From positions 9,059-73,058 of the forward strand of contig CAJUEC010000005.1 in the NCBI GenBank assembly GCA_910585155.1: DNA of 64,000 nt. The letters run 5' to 3'. Source of the stretch: an uncultured Oscillospiraceae bacterium. GTDB taxonomy: Bacteria; Bacillota; Clostridia; Oscillospirales; Oscillospiraceae. This document shows, in pieces, positions 10,037-19,172 of this stretch (position 1 is its first letter; each line of letters starts with the position of its first letter). The notes under the pieces were generated by a model. It made no database searches. It was not told where the DNA came from and saw only the letters and a program-made list of their open reading frames with translations. Position numbers and translations under genes: made by a program.

Positions 10037-11368
10037 ATGAGATTAGTTTTGGCTGTGATCGTGTGCAAGGTCCTGCGGTTTGTGGGCGGGCTCATCGGCA
10101 AGGGCAGCTCCCTGCCGGGACAGTTCGCCCTGAAGCTCTGCCCCGGCGTGCTGGGCCGGGTGAAGCTGCCTGAAAACGTCATCGCCGTCACCGGCTCCAA
10201 CGGCAAGACCTCCACTGTGGAGATGATCGCCGCCATTTTGACGGCGGACGGCAGGCAGGTGGTGTACAACCGGGAGGGCTCCAACCAGATCGAGGGGGTG
10301 GCCACCCTGATTCTGTCCCACTGCACCCTGGGGGGCAGGATGCGGGGGGACGTGCTCCTGCTGGAGAGCGACGAGCGCTACGCCCGGCACACCTTCCGCT
10401 GGTTCCGCCCCACCCACTTCGTCATCACCAACCTGTACCGGGACCAGCTCACCCGCAACGGTCACCCGGAGTGGGTGTACGACGCTGTCAAGGCCGCCGT
10501 CTTCCCGGAGACCACCCTGGTGCTCAACGCCGACGACCCCCTGGTGTCCTGCTTCGCCCGGGACCACGACCCGGACAAGGTGAAGTGGTTCGGCCTGGCC
10601 CCGTGCTCCATCAGCACCAGGGAGCACCACGGCCTGTACCACGACGGGGCCCGGTGCCCGGTGTGCAGGGGGCGGATGGCCTACTCCTGCTTCCACTACG
10701 CCCACATCGGCCACTATGCCTGCCCGTCCTGCGGCCACAGGCGGCATGACACGGATTTCACCGTCACCGCCCTGGACCTGGAGGAGGGCCGGCTCACCAT
10801 CAACGGCGCCACAGACATCTCCCTGGCCTTCCGGAGCATTTACAACGTCTACAACATCCTGGCGGCCTGGTCGGTGTGCGCCCTGGCGGGGGTGACCCCC
10901 GCCGTGATGGCCGGGGTGATCAACAACTATATGTTGAAAAACGGGCGGATGATTACCTTCCGTTTGGGAGATCACCGGGGCACCCTGCTCACCTCCAAGC
11001 ACGAGAACTCGGTGGCCTATGACACCAACCTGGCCTATATCGCCGCCAGCGGGTCCCCCTGCACGGTTCTGGTCATCGTGGATTCCATCAGCCGGAAGTA
11101 CTTCACCGGCGAGACCAGCTGGCTGTGGGACATCGACTTCGACCGGCTCTGCGCCCCCCAGGTGGGGCGGGTGCTGCTGTGCGGAAAATACTGCAACGAC
11201 CTGGCGGTGCGGTTCCAGTACACCCAGATCCCGGCGGAAAAGCTCTGGATCCACGAGGAGATCCCCGCGGCGGCGGCGTATCTGGAGGAGAACGGGGACG
11301 AGGACGTGTACGTGGTCACCTGCTTCTCCGACCGGGATAAGCTGCTGGAGCACGCAGCGCGACGATAG
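10037..11368 (+). CDS. murT: Lipid II isoglutaminyl synthase subunit MurT (Mur ligase + DUF1727)
   Basis: GSSLPG, VTGSNGKT, NLYRDQLTR, two CxxC pairs, SWLWDIDF; adjacent to gatD. Confidence 0.88.
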   Translation: MRLVLAVIVCKVLRFVGGLIGKGSSLPGQFALKLCPGVLGRVKLPENVIAVTGSNGKTSTVEMIAAILTADGRQVVYNREGSNQIEGVATLILSHCTLGGRMRGDVLLLESDERYARHTFRWFRPTHFVITNLYRDQLTRNGHPEWVYDAVKAAVFPETTLVLNADDPLVSCFARDHDPDKVKWFGLAPCSISTREHHGLYHDGARCPVCRGRMAYSCFHYAHIGHYACPSCGHRRHDTDFTVTALDLEEGRLTINGATDISLAFRSIYNVYNILAAWSVCALAGVTPAVMAGVINNYMLKNGRMITFRLGDHRGTLLTSKHENSVAYDTNLAYIAASGSPCTVLVIVDSISRKYFTGETSWLWDIDFDRLCAPQVGRVLLCGKYCNDLAVRFQYTQIPAEKLWIHEEIPAAAAYLEENGDEDVYVVTCFSDRDKLLEHAARR

Positions 11369-11399
11369 ACACGCAGGGGCGCTTGGAAAGGAAGGTTTT

Positions 11400-12227
11400 A
11401 TGGAACTGACCATTTTACACCTGTATCCCGATTGCATGTCCCTGTATGGGGAATACGCCAATATCGCCGTCCTCCGCCGCCACCTGGAGGCCATGGGGGT
11501 GTCCGTCACGGTGGACGCCGCCCTGTTCGAGGACACGCCGGACTTTGAGCACGCCGACTTCATCTACATGGGCGCGGGCACCGAGCGCACCCAGAAGGCG
11601 GCGCTGGCCACCCTGCTCCCCCATAAAGAGGCGCTGAAGGCCGCCGTGGACCGGGGGGCCGTCCTGCTGTTCACCGGCAACGCCATGGAGCTGCTGGGCG
11701 GCTCCATGCCCGGCGCGGACGGAAGGCAGCCAGCCCTGGGTCTTGCGGGCTTCCTGACGGAAGAAGAGGACCGGCGCCACCCCGGGGACGTGATCGCCCA
11801 CACCGCCCTCTGGGACAGCCCGGTGGTGGGGTTCATGAACAAGTGCTCCCGCACCTTTATGGCTGACGGCGGGGACGACGCCCCCCTGTTTGAACGGCTC
11901 TCCCTGGGCATGGGCAACCAACGGGAAAAGGGGCCGGAGGGCTACGTGGACGGCAATGTGTTTGCCACCCACCTCACCGGACCCATCCTGGTGAAGAACC
12001 CGGACTTCACCGACTTCCTGATTCGCCGCATTTTTGCGCTCAAGGGCTGGCCGCTGCCGGAGGCGCTTCCCGTCCTGCCCTATGAGCGGGAGGCGTATGA
12101 GGTGACCTTAAAGGAGCTCACCGCTCGGGCGGGGGCTGACCGCCCGGCGGAACGGCCCGCCCCGGAGGCGCGGGCGGTGGGCCCTGCCAACCGTCCAGTG
12201 TCCAGACACAGGCGGCAGCGCCAATAG
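11400..12227 (+). CDS. gatD: Glutamine amidotransferase GatD (CobQ-like); C-terminus extended into a family A repeat
   Basis: HLYPD.MSLYGE..N, ATHLTGP.LVKNP; the usual nucleophile Cys motif is not evident (FTGNAMELL). Confidence 0.75.
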   Translation: MELTILHLYPDCMSLYGEYANIAVLRRHLEAMGVSVTVDAALFEDTPDFEHADFIYMGAGTERTQKAALATLLPHKEALKAAVDRGAVLLFTGNAMELLGGSMPGADGRQPALGLAGFLTEEEDRRHPGDVIAHTALWDSPVVGFMNKCSRTFMADGGDDAPLFERLSLGMGNQREKGPEGYVDGNVFATHLTGPILVKNPDFTDFLIRRIFALKGWPLPEALPVLPYEREAYEVTLKELTARAGADRPAERPAPEARAVGPANRPVSRHRRQRQ

Positions 12228-12428
12228 GGGGGCCAGCATCGAAGGCCCCACGCGCCGGGAGGGTACGCGCCCACGCCGCATATCGGGCTCTCCCGTAAAA
12301 CGGGGGATCCTTAAGGGGGAGGCCGACTATGGGAATGGCCCGCCCTTTGGGCCGTTTCCATCCGGAGGCATCCCCCTTAAGTGTGTCTTTGCCTACTTTC
12401 TGCACAGGCGGAAAGTAGGCCGCCGGAG
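12171..12428. repeat. Repeat family A, copy 2
   Basis: Closely similar to 18925-19050 and reverse-complement similar to 14453-14705; hairpin GCCTACTTTCTGCACAGGCGGAAAGTAGGC (12391-12420). Confidence 0.9.
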
Positions 12429-12537
12429 GCCCCGGACGGGCCCGGGAAACCCAAACGTTACATTTGGAAACGGAAAAACGCTGGTCAAAGCCGCCGGTTT
12501 TGGTATGCTAGGGACATCAAATCCATGAGGTGATGTT

Positions 12538-13020
12538 ATGAGTTTAGGAAACAAACTGGCCGAGGCCCGCCGGGCCAAAAACCTGACCCAGGAGCAGCTG
12601 GCGGAAAAATTGGACGTGACCCGGCAGGCGGTGAGCCGCTGGGAGTCGGACGCCGCCTACCCGGAGACGGACAAAATCGTGCGCATGGCGCAGATTTTAG
12701 AGGTGAGCTGCGACTACCTCCTTCAGGACGGGGTGGACGAGAAGGGAAACCCGGTGAAGCCGCCGGTGACCCGGCTGCTGGAACAGGCCCAGGGCAGGCG
12801 GGTGAAGCTCACCTTCTATGAGGGCGACGGGATGCCCGTCGTCCACGAGTGGTGCGTGATCCGGGACTTCGACGGGGCCTGGGCCAACGTGGAGGTGGTG
12901 GTGAACCAGAAGAAGCCCCAGAAAAACGAGGTGCGGCTCATCCCCCTGTCCGCCATCAGCACCATCACCTTCCTCAAGGACGGGGAGGCGGCGAAGCGCT
13001 CCCCCCTGGAGCTGAGCTGA
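12538..13020 (+). CDS. XRE-family HTH regulator with C-terminal Sm/Hfq-like domain
   Basis: LTQEQLAEKLDVTRQAVSRWES HTH; GAGGTG RBS; extended -10 TGGTATGCT at 12501-12509. Confidence 0.85.
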   Translation: MSLGNKLAEARRAKNLTQEQLAEKLDVTRQAVSRWESDAAYPETDKIVRMAQILEVSCDYLLQDGVDEKGNPVKPPVTRLLEQAQGRRVKLTFYEGDGMPVVHEWCVIRDFDGAWANVEVVVNQKKPQKNEVRLIPLSAISTITFLKDGEAAKRSPLELS

Positions 13021-13033
13021 GGAGGGGCGGACC

Positions 13034-13348
13034 ATGGAATATTTTGGCTTTTTTTCGTTTATGATGGTGCTTTTCCTCATGGGCAAGGTGAGCCGGCTGG
13101 AGCGCATTTTGCGGGACAACGGCCTGGGCGCCAAACGGATCGCGGGCCTGGGGGAGCAGGTGCGCAAGCAGGTGGGCCAAACGGTGGAACTAACGCTGGA
13201 GACCAGTGACGGCGATATCATGGGCAAGCAGTGCAGGATCCTGGACGCCGACGAGGACTGGGCCCTTGTCCTGGCCAATGAGGGGACGAAAAAGGAGTGC
13301 GAAAAGCTGATCCGGCTGGACAGCGTGAAGCAGATTAAGATGCGCTGA
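13034..13348 (+). CDS. Small membrane-anchored protein whose C-terminal domain resembles that of 12538-13020
   Basis: GGAGG RBS; N-terminal hydrophobic helix; shared GxxVxLT...CxIxDxDxxWA...LIxL pattern. Confidence 0.8.
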   Translation: MEYFGFFSFMMVLFLMGKVSRLERILRDNGLGAKRIAGLGEQVRKQVGQTVELTLETSDGDIMGKQCRILDADEDWALVLANEGTKKECEKLIRLDSVKQIKMR

Positions 13349-13464
13349 GCCGTCGTGAGCAGCGCGGATGGACCGGAGCGAGGGCAAAAGCCCAGCCGCC
13401 GCGCAACGGAGGCGGGTTTTGCCCGAGTGGTTGGGAAGCCGCGCGTCGCGAACAGGCGAAGCGT
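13342..13464 (+). repeat. Intercistronic repeat family B, long form
   Basis: GCGCTGAGCCGTCGTGAGC...GAACAGGCGAAGCGT; closely similar to the reverse complement of 32286-32412. Confidence 0.85.
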
Positions 13465-13484
13465 AGGTACATGGGGGCGATCAT

Positions 13485-14426
13485 ATGGACGATAGATGGC
13501 TGGAAGTGACTCTCCCGGTCCCGGCGGACCGGCTGAACCGGGTGTGCGATATCCTCACGGCCAACGGCATGGCCGGGCTGGTGGTGGAGGAGGAGGGGGA
13601 TTTCCTCCGCTTTCTGGAGCAGAACCGCCAGTATTGGGACTATGTGGACGAGGGACTGGCCCAGCGGATGAAGGGGGCCAGCCGGGTGAAGTTCTATGTG
13701 CCCGACAACGAGGAGGGGCGGCGGCAGCTCCGGCAGTACCTGTCCGGGCTGGAGGAGTACGAGCCCCAGACCGTCTCCCTGCGGGAGGAGGACTGGGCCA
13801 CCTCCTGGCAGAAGTACTATCAGCCCATCCCGGTGGGGCGGCGGGTGTACATCGTCCCCGACTGGATGCGGGGGCAGAGGGTGCCGGAGGGCCGGGTGCC
13901 CCTGTACCTCAACCCCGGCCTCACCTTCGGCACCGGGGCCCACCCCACCACCCAGCTGTGCCTGGAGCTGCTGGAGGAGGTGCTGCGCCCCGGGGACCGG
14001 GTGCTGGATCTGGGCTGCGGGTCGGGCATCCTGGCCATCGCGGCGCTGGCTCTGGGGGCGTCCCAAGCGGTGGGGGTGGACATCGACCCCAAGGCGGCGG
14101 ACGTGGCCTTTGAGAACGCCGCCCTCAACGGCATCGGCCCGGACCGGCTCAGCGTGTACGCCGGGGACGTGCTGACCGACAAAAAGCTGGCGGCAAAGCT
14201 GGGGCCGGGGCAGAACCGGGTGGTGCTGGCCAACATCGTGGCGGATGTCATCATCCCCCTGTCGGCGAAAGCGGGGGCCTTCCTGACCCCGGACGGGGTA
14301 TTCCTCACCTCCGGCATCATTGATGGGCGGCAGGAGGAGGTCAAGGCCGCCCTGGAGGCCAACGGCTTTACGGTCACAAAGCATTTGGAGCGGGGCGGGT
14401 GGCATGCCTTCCAGGCGCGGCAATAA
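13485..14426 (+). CDS. prmA: Ribosomal protein L11 methyltransferase
   Basis: EEDWATSWQKYY, PGLTFGTGAHPTT, VLDLGCGSGIL, ANIVAD, SGII. Confidence 0.95.
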   Translation: MDDRWLEVTLPVPADRLNRVCDILTANGMAGLVVEEEGDFLRFLEQNRQYWDYVDEGLAQRMKGASRVKFYVPDNEEGRRQLRQYLSGLEEYEPQTVSLREEDWATSWQKYYQPIPVGRRVYIVPDWMRGQRVPEGRVPLYLNPGLTFGTGAHPTTQLCLELLEEVLRPGDRVLDLGCGSGILAIAALALGASQAVGVDIDPKAADVAFENAALNGIGPDRLSVYAGDVLTDKKLAAKLGPGQNRVVLANIVADVIIPLSAKAGAFLTPDGVFLTSGIIDGRQEEVKAALEANGFTVTKHLERGGWHAFQARQ

Positions 14427-14435
14427 AAGCGGGGC

Positions 14436-14705
14436 CGCGCCCTGCCGGGGGCGTCACTTTCTCTCGCGCGAGAGAAAGTGACCAAAGAGCGCGCTTAGGG
14501 GGCATCCCGCCGGTTCGGCTTCGGGAGCAAAGGGCGCTCCCTCGCTCACAGGCGGGCTTCCCCCTAAGGGCTCCCCTTGTTTTACCGGGGAGCCCGACAC
14601 GAGACGTGGGCACAGACCTTCCGGCGCGTGGGGCTTTCGACGCGGACGCCCCTCATTGGTGCTGCCGCTTGTGTCTGGACACTGGCAGGCGGGCGGGGTC
14701 CACCT
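14436..14705. repeat. Repeat family A, copy 3
   Basis: Hairpin GTCACTTTCTCTCGCGCGAGAGAAAGTGAC (14453-14482), CAAAGAGCG linker, CTTAGGGGG...CCCCCTAAG stem. Confidence 0.9.
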
Positions 14706-14802
14706 GCTGCGCCTCAGTGGCGGGCCGTCCGCTCTGGGACGGTCGTCGGCGGCGCGGAACGGGAGGGCCGCGTTTTTTGTGAAATTTTTCTGGTGAAAAC
14801 GG

Positions 14803-14831
14803 TTGACAAATCCCCGGACCGCCTATAATAT
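14803..14831 (+). promoter_or_regulatory. sigma-A promoter of the T-box leader
   Basis: TTGACA at 14803 and TATAAT/TAATAT at 14824-14831. Confidence 0.7.
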
Positions 14832-14849
14832 AGGGGACGTATGATTCAG

Positions 14850-15096
14850 AGGCTTTGATCAGGATGAGTAGCCGGAACGGCTGCCTCTCAGAGAGCCGCC
14901 CGCATGGTGCGAGGGCGGCGGGGCGGGCCCGGCGAATATCCCCTGGGAGCCGCGGGCCCAACGCGAAAGCAAGTAAGCCCCGCCGGAAGTCCCCGTTATC
15001 GGACGCGCGAGTGCCGTGTGAAAACACGGAACAGGAGTGGTACCGCAGAGGTTTTATGACGCCTTTGTCTCCTTTTGGGGACAGGGGCGTTTTTTG
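14850..15096 (+). ncRNA. T-box riboswitch with Ile (AUC) specifier
   Basis: AGTA, AGAGAG and GGTG boxes; GAATATC specifier loop (ATC 14938-14940); GGAGTGGTACCGC T-box (~15034-15046); terminator hairpin + U-run 15059-15095; ileS downstream. Confidence 0.92.
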
Positions 15097-15124
15097 ATGG
15101 AACAATTTGAGGGGGCAGAAAGGT

Positions 15125-15553
15125 ATGAATTCAAACAGCGAAAATACAAGGGTTGGAAAAGCTTTTCAGGAATTAGTTTGGAAAAGTATCACAGAATACT
15201 TTGGCTCCCCGTTTGAATTAGAAGTAGCACTTCCTATAGGCACTCCCTCAAAACTTCACAGATTTGATTGCGTATCAGAAGATAAAAGAATTGTTGTTGA
15301 GTGTAAATGCTATACATGGACAGACACCGGGAATGTTCCAAGCGCCAAGATGAGGGGATTGAATGAAGCCGTATTTTACATGAGCTATCTGCCGGATGAC
15401 ATTACAAAAATACTGTGCATGAAGAAAGCAATTCATGCAAAAAAACTTGAAACATTAGCAGAATATTATTGCAGAACATATGGCCATCTTCTCAGTGGTG
15501 TGAAGATTTTTGAGGTTGATAATTTTGGGAAAATTCGTGCAATAATGCCATAG
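15125..15553 (+). CDS. AT-rich hypothetical protein with PD-(D/E)XK nuclease-like motif
   Basis: GAAAGGT RBS; HRFDCVSEDKRIVVECK resembles a (P)D-xn-ExK active site; composition far more AT-rich than flanks. Confidence 0.7.
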   Translation: MNSNSENTRVGKAFQELVWKSITEYFGSPFELEVALPIGTPSKLHRFDCVSEDKRIVVECKCYTWTDTGNVPSAKMRGLNEAVFYMSYLPDDITKILCMKKAIHAKKLETLAEYYCRTYGHLLSGVKIFEVDNFGKIRAIMP

Positions 15554-15604
15554 TTGATTTCAGACCCTAATTTATATAGAACATTTTAAAAAGGAGAAAT
15601 ACCC

Positions 15605-18412
15605 ATGGATTACAACCAGACCGTACACCTGCCCCAGACCGATTTCCCCATGCGGGCGGGCCTGCCCCGCCGGGAGCCCGAGCTGCTCAACCCGGAGTGG
15701 GCCAGGATCACCTACCACAAGCTGATGGACAAGAACGCCGGCAAGCCCAAGTTCGTCCTCCACGACGGCCCCCCCTACGCCAACGGCAATATCCACATCG
15801 GCACCGCCATGAACAAGATCCTCAAGGACATCATCGTCAAGTACAAGAACATGACGGGCTACTGCGCCCCCTACGTCCCCGGCTGGGACACCCACGGCCT
15901 GCCCATCGAGACCGCCGTCCTCAAGGACAAGAAGGTCAAGCGGGATGAGATGACCACCGCCCAGTTCCGGGACAAGTGCCAGCAGTTCGCCACCCAGTAC
16001 GTGGGGCGCATGACCGAGCAGTTCCAGCGCCTGGGGGTGCTGGGGGAGTGGGAGAACCCCTATATCACCCTGCTGCCCGAGTTCGAGGCCAAGCAGATCG
16101 AGGTCTTTGGCAAGATGGCGGAGAAGGGCCTGATCTACAAGGGCATGAAGTCCGTCTACTGGTGCCCCCACGACCAGACCGCCCTGGCCGAGGCGGAGAT
16201 CGACTACCAGGACGACCCCTGCACCACCATCTTCGTGAAATTCCCGGTGAAGGACGACAAGGGCAAGCTGGGGCAGTACTGTGACCTCAGCAAGCTGTTC
16301 TTCGTCATCTGGACCACCACCCCCTGGACCATCCCCGGCAACACCGCCATCTCCCTCAACGCGGACTTTGACTATGTGCTGCTCCAGGCCCCCAATGGGG
16401 AGGTCTACGTGCTGGCCAAGGAGCTGGCCGAGGGGGTGTGCAAGCAGGCTGGGCTGGACTTTGGGGCGTGTAAGGTGCTGGCCACCCTGAAGGGGTCCGA
16501 CTTCGAGCTGATGGTGGCCCGCCACCCCCTGCTGGACCAGGACAGCGTCATCCTCAACGGCGGCCACGTCACCCTGGAGGCGGGCACCGGCTGCGTCCAC
16601 ACCGCCCCCGGCTTCGGCGGCGAGGACTTCGAGGTCTGCCAGCGGTACGACAACGCGGGGCTTACCCACATCGGCGTGCCCGTCCCCGTGAACGCCAAGG
16701 GCGTGATGACCGACGCCCGCTATAACGGCCAGTTCTACGCCAAGGGGAACGACCAGGTGGTGGCCGACCTGGAGGCGGAGGGCTTCCTGCTGGCCAAGGC
16801 CCAGATCACCCACTCCTATCCCCACTGCTGGCGGTGCAAGCACCCCATCATCTACCGGGCCACCGAGCAGTGGTTCTGCTCCGTGGACGCCATCAAGGAC
16901 GCGGCGGTGAAGTCCTGCGACTCCATCTCCTGGCACCCCGCCTGGGGCAAGGACCGCATGGTGTCCATGATCACCGAGCGCAACGACTGGTGCATCTCCC
17001 GCCAGCGGGTGTGGGGCGTGCCCATCCCGGTGTTCTATTGCGACGGCTGCGGGGAGGCCATCGTCACCCCAGACACCATCGCCCACGTGGCCGGCCTGTT
17101 TAGGGAGCACGGCTCCAACATCTGGTTCGAAAAGACCGCCGACGAGCTGATCCCCGCCGGCTTTGTGTGCCCCAAGTGCGGCAAGGCCCACTTCTCCAAG
17201 GAGAACGACATCATGGACGTGTGGTTTGACTCCGGCTCCACCTGGGCGGCGGTGGCGAACCAGCGCCCCAACCTCCAGTACCCCGCCGACGTCTATTTAG
17301 AGGGCGGCGACCAGTACCGGGGCTGGTTCCAGTCCTCCATGCTCACCTCCATCGCCTGCAACGGCGTGGCCCCCTACAAGCAGATCATCACCCACGGCTG
17401 GACGGTGGACGGCGAGGGTAAGGCCATGCACAAGTCTCTGGGCAACGCCATGCCCCCGGAGGAGATCATCAAGGACTACGGCGCGGACATGCTGCGGCTG
17501 TGGGTGGCCTCCGCCGACTACACCCAGGACATGCGCATCTCCAAGGAGATCATGAAGCAGCTGTCCCAGGCCTATCTGAAAATCCGCAACACCGCCCGGT
17601 ATATGCTGGGCAACCTGAACGGCTTCGACCCGGACAAGGCGGTGGCGGTCAAGGATATGCTGGACCTGGACAAATGGGCGGTGGCGGCGTTTAACAACCT
17701 GGCGCGGGATGTGCGCGCCGGATACGATGCCTACGAGTTCCACACCGTCTACCGGGCCGTCTACAACTTCTGCGTGGTGGATATGTCCAACTTCTATCTG
17801 GACATCATCAAGGACCGGCTGTATTGCGGGGCCGACGCGGACAGGGCCTCCGCCCAGTCCGCCCTGTACCTGATCCTGGACGGCATGACCCGGATGCTGG
17901 CCCCCATCCTGGCCTTCACCAGCCAGGAGATCTGGACCGCCATGCCCCACCGCGCCTCCGACGACGGGGAGTGCGTGCTGTTCAACGACATTCCGGACTA
18001 CGACCCGGCGCTGGCGCTGGACGAGAAGGAGGCGGAGCGTTGGCAGGAGCTGCTGAATGTCCGTGACGTGGTGCTGAAAGCCCTGGAGGAGGCCCGGGAG
18101 CAGGGCGTCAAGAAGAACCAGGACGCGGAGGTCACCCTCCACCTGCCCGAAAAGGCTTACGCGGCCTGGGAGGCCGGAAAAGTTCTGCCTGGTTTCGACG
18201 AGGCCGACCTTGCCACCCTGTTCATCGTGTCCAAGGTGATGGTAGCCAAACGGGACGGCGAGCCCGCTGACCTGGATGTGGACGCCACGGTGTCTGTCGC
18301 GCTGTCCCAGGCCCCCAAGTGCCCCCGGTGCTGGAACCACGACGCGGGCATCGGCACGGCGGGGCACCATGCCGAGCTGTGCGACCGCTGCGCCAAGGTT
18401 TTGGGGGCGTGA
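15605..18412 (+). CDS. ileS: Isoleucine--tRNA ligase (type 1)
   Basis: LHDGPPYANG.IHIG, PGWDTHGLP, WTTTPWT, DWCISRQR, C-terminal CPRCW Zn-finger. Confidence 0.98.
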   Translation: MDYNQTVHLPQTDFPMRAGLPRREPELLNPEWARITYHKLMDKNAGKPKFVLHDGPPYANGNIHIGTAMNKILKDIIVKYKNMTGYCAPYVPGWDTHGLPIETAVLKDKKVKRDEMTTAQFRDKCQQFATQYVGRMTEQFQRLGVLGEWENPYITLLPEFEAKQIEVFGKMAEKGLIYKGMKSVYWCPHDQTALAEAEIDYQDDPCTTIFVKFPVKDDKGKLGQYCDLSKLFFVIWTTTPWTIPGNTAISLNADFDYVLLQAPNGEVYVLAKELAEGVCKQAGLDFGACKVLATLKGSDFELMVARHPLLDQDSVILNGGHVTLEAGTGCVHTAPGFGGEDFEVCQRYDNAGLTHIGVPVPVNAKGVMTDARYNGQFYAKGNDQVVADLEAEGFLLAKAQITHSYPHCWRCKHPIIYRATEQWFCSVDAIKDAAVKSCDSISWHPAWGKDRMVSMITERNDWCISRQRVWGVPIPVFYCDGCGEAIVTPDTIAHVAGLFREHGSNIWFEKTADELIPAGFVCPKCGKAHFSKENDIMDVWFDSGSTWAAVANQRPNLQYPADVYLEGGDQYRGWFQSSMLTSIACNGVAPYKQIITHGWTVDGEGKAMHKSLGNAMPPEEIIKDYGADMLRLWVASADYTQDMRISKEIMKQLSQAYLKIRNTARYMLGNLNGFDPDKAVAVKDMLDLDKWAVAAFNNLARDVRAGYDAYEFHTVYRAVYNFCVVDMSNFYLDIIKDRLYCGADADRASAQSALYLILDGMTRMLAPILAFTSQEIWTAMPHRASDDGECVLFNDIPDYDPALALDEKEAERWQELLNVRDVVLKALEEAREQGVKKNQDAEVTLHLPEKAYAAWEAGKVLPGFDEADLATLFIVSKVMVAKRDGEPADLDVDATVSVALSQAPKCPRCWNHDAGIGTAGHHAELCDRCAKVLGA

Positions 18413-18499
18413 CCCCCAAGGCCCGCCGCCCGGCGGGACGGGGGATGGTACTTTCTCCGAAGCCCCGCCTCACCCGATGGGGAGGGCCGCCTCCGGCGG

Positions 18500-18730
18500 G
18501 GCACTTTCTCTCACATGAGAGAAAGTGCCCAAAGAGAATGCTTAGGGGGCATCCCGCCCCGTCGGACAAGGCCCAAAGGCCGGGCCATGTCCTCAGGCGG
18601 GCTTCCCCCTAAGGACCCCCTGTTTTACGGGAGAGTCCTACTGATAACTGAGCGATACCCTGCCGGCGCCAGCGGCTTTCGACGCCGGTGCTCCTATTTG
18701 TGCTGCCGCCGGTGTCCAGTCATTGCATTG
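18500..18730. repeat. Repeat family A, copy 4
   Basis: Hairpin GGCACTTTCTCTCACATGAGAGAAAGTGCC (18500-18529), CAAAG, CTTAGGGGG stem. Confidence 0.9.
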
Positions 18731-18904
18731 GGGTGGGTCTATCGACCTGCGCCTCCGGGGCGCACCCACCTGACACCGAAGCGCTGGCGGAGGCGCTTCC
18801 AGGAGACGCAGAAGCGTTTCGATCCACCCGCACGCAGGCCCTTTGTGGCCGGAAGGCGAAGTGAGCCCCATTCGTCAGCCGCGATAGCCGGATGGAAAGT
18901 GCCT

Positions 18905-19056
18905 GTTGAAAGCGGCGGCCCTTCAAACCGGGGGATCCTTAAGGGGGAGGCCAACTATGGAAATGGCCCGCCCTTTGGGCCGTTTTCATCCGGAGGCATC
19001 CCCCTTAAGCGCGCTCTTTGGTTACTTTCTCTCGCGCGAGAGAAAGTAACGCCCCC
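18905..19056. repeat. Repeat family A, copy 5 (inverted relative to copy 4)
   Basis: CTTAAGGGGG...CCCCCTTAAG, CTTTG, hairpin GTTACTTTCTCTCGCGCGAGAGAAAGTAAC (19021-19050). Confidence 0.9.
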
Positions 19057-19136
19057 GTCCCGCCCGCAGGCGGGCCCTCCGGAAGCCGGGGCGCTTTGGA
19101 AAAGCACCGCCCCCGGCGGGGGCCCAGCGGCAAAAC

Positions 19137-19167
19137 AAAACCCTCCCTGGTTCCAGGGAGGGTTTTT
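19137..19167. terminator. Bidirectional intrinsic terminator
   Basis: AAAACCCTCCCTGG-TT-CCAGGGAGGGTTTT between convergent ileS and serpin genes. Confidence 0.85.
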
Positions 19168-19172
19168 ATTAA

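Noticed and set aside
11350..11395. Possible sixth family B copy at the murT-gatD junction (GCAGCGCGAC)
   Set aside because: The match is too short and lacks the GAGCCG start
14855..15097. 80-aa ORF in the ileS leader
   Set aside because: It coincides with the T-box riboswitch, which explains the sequence
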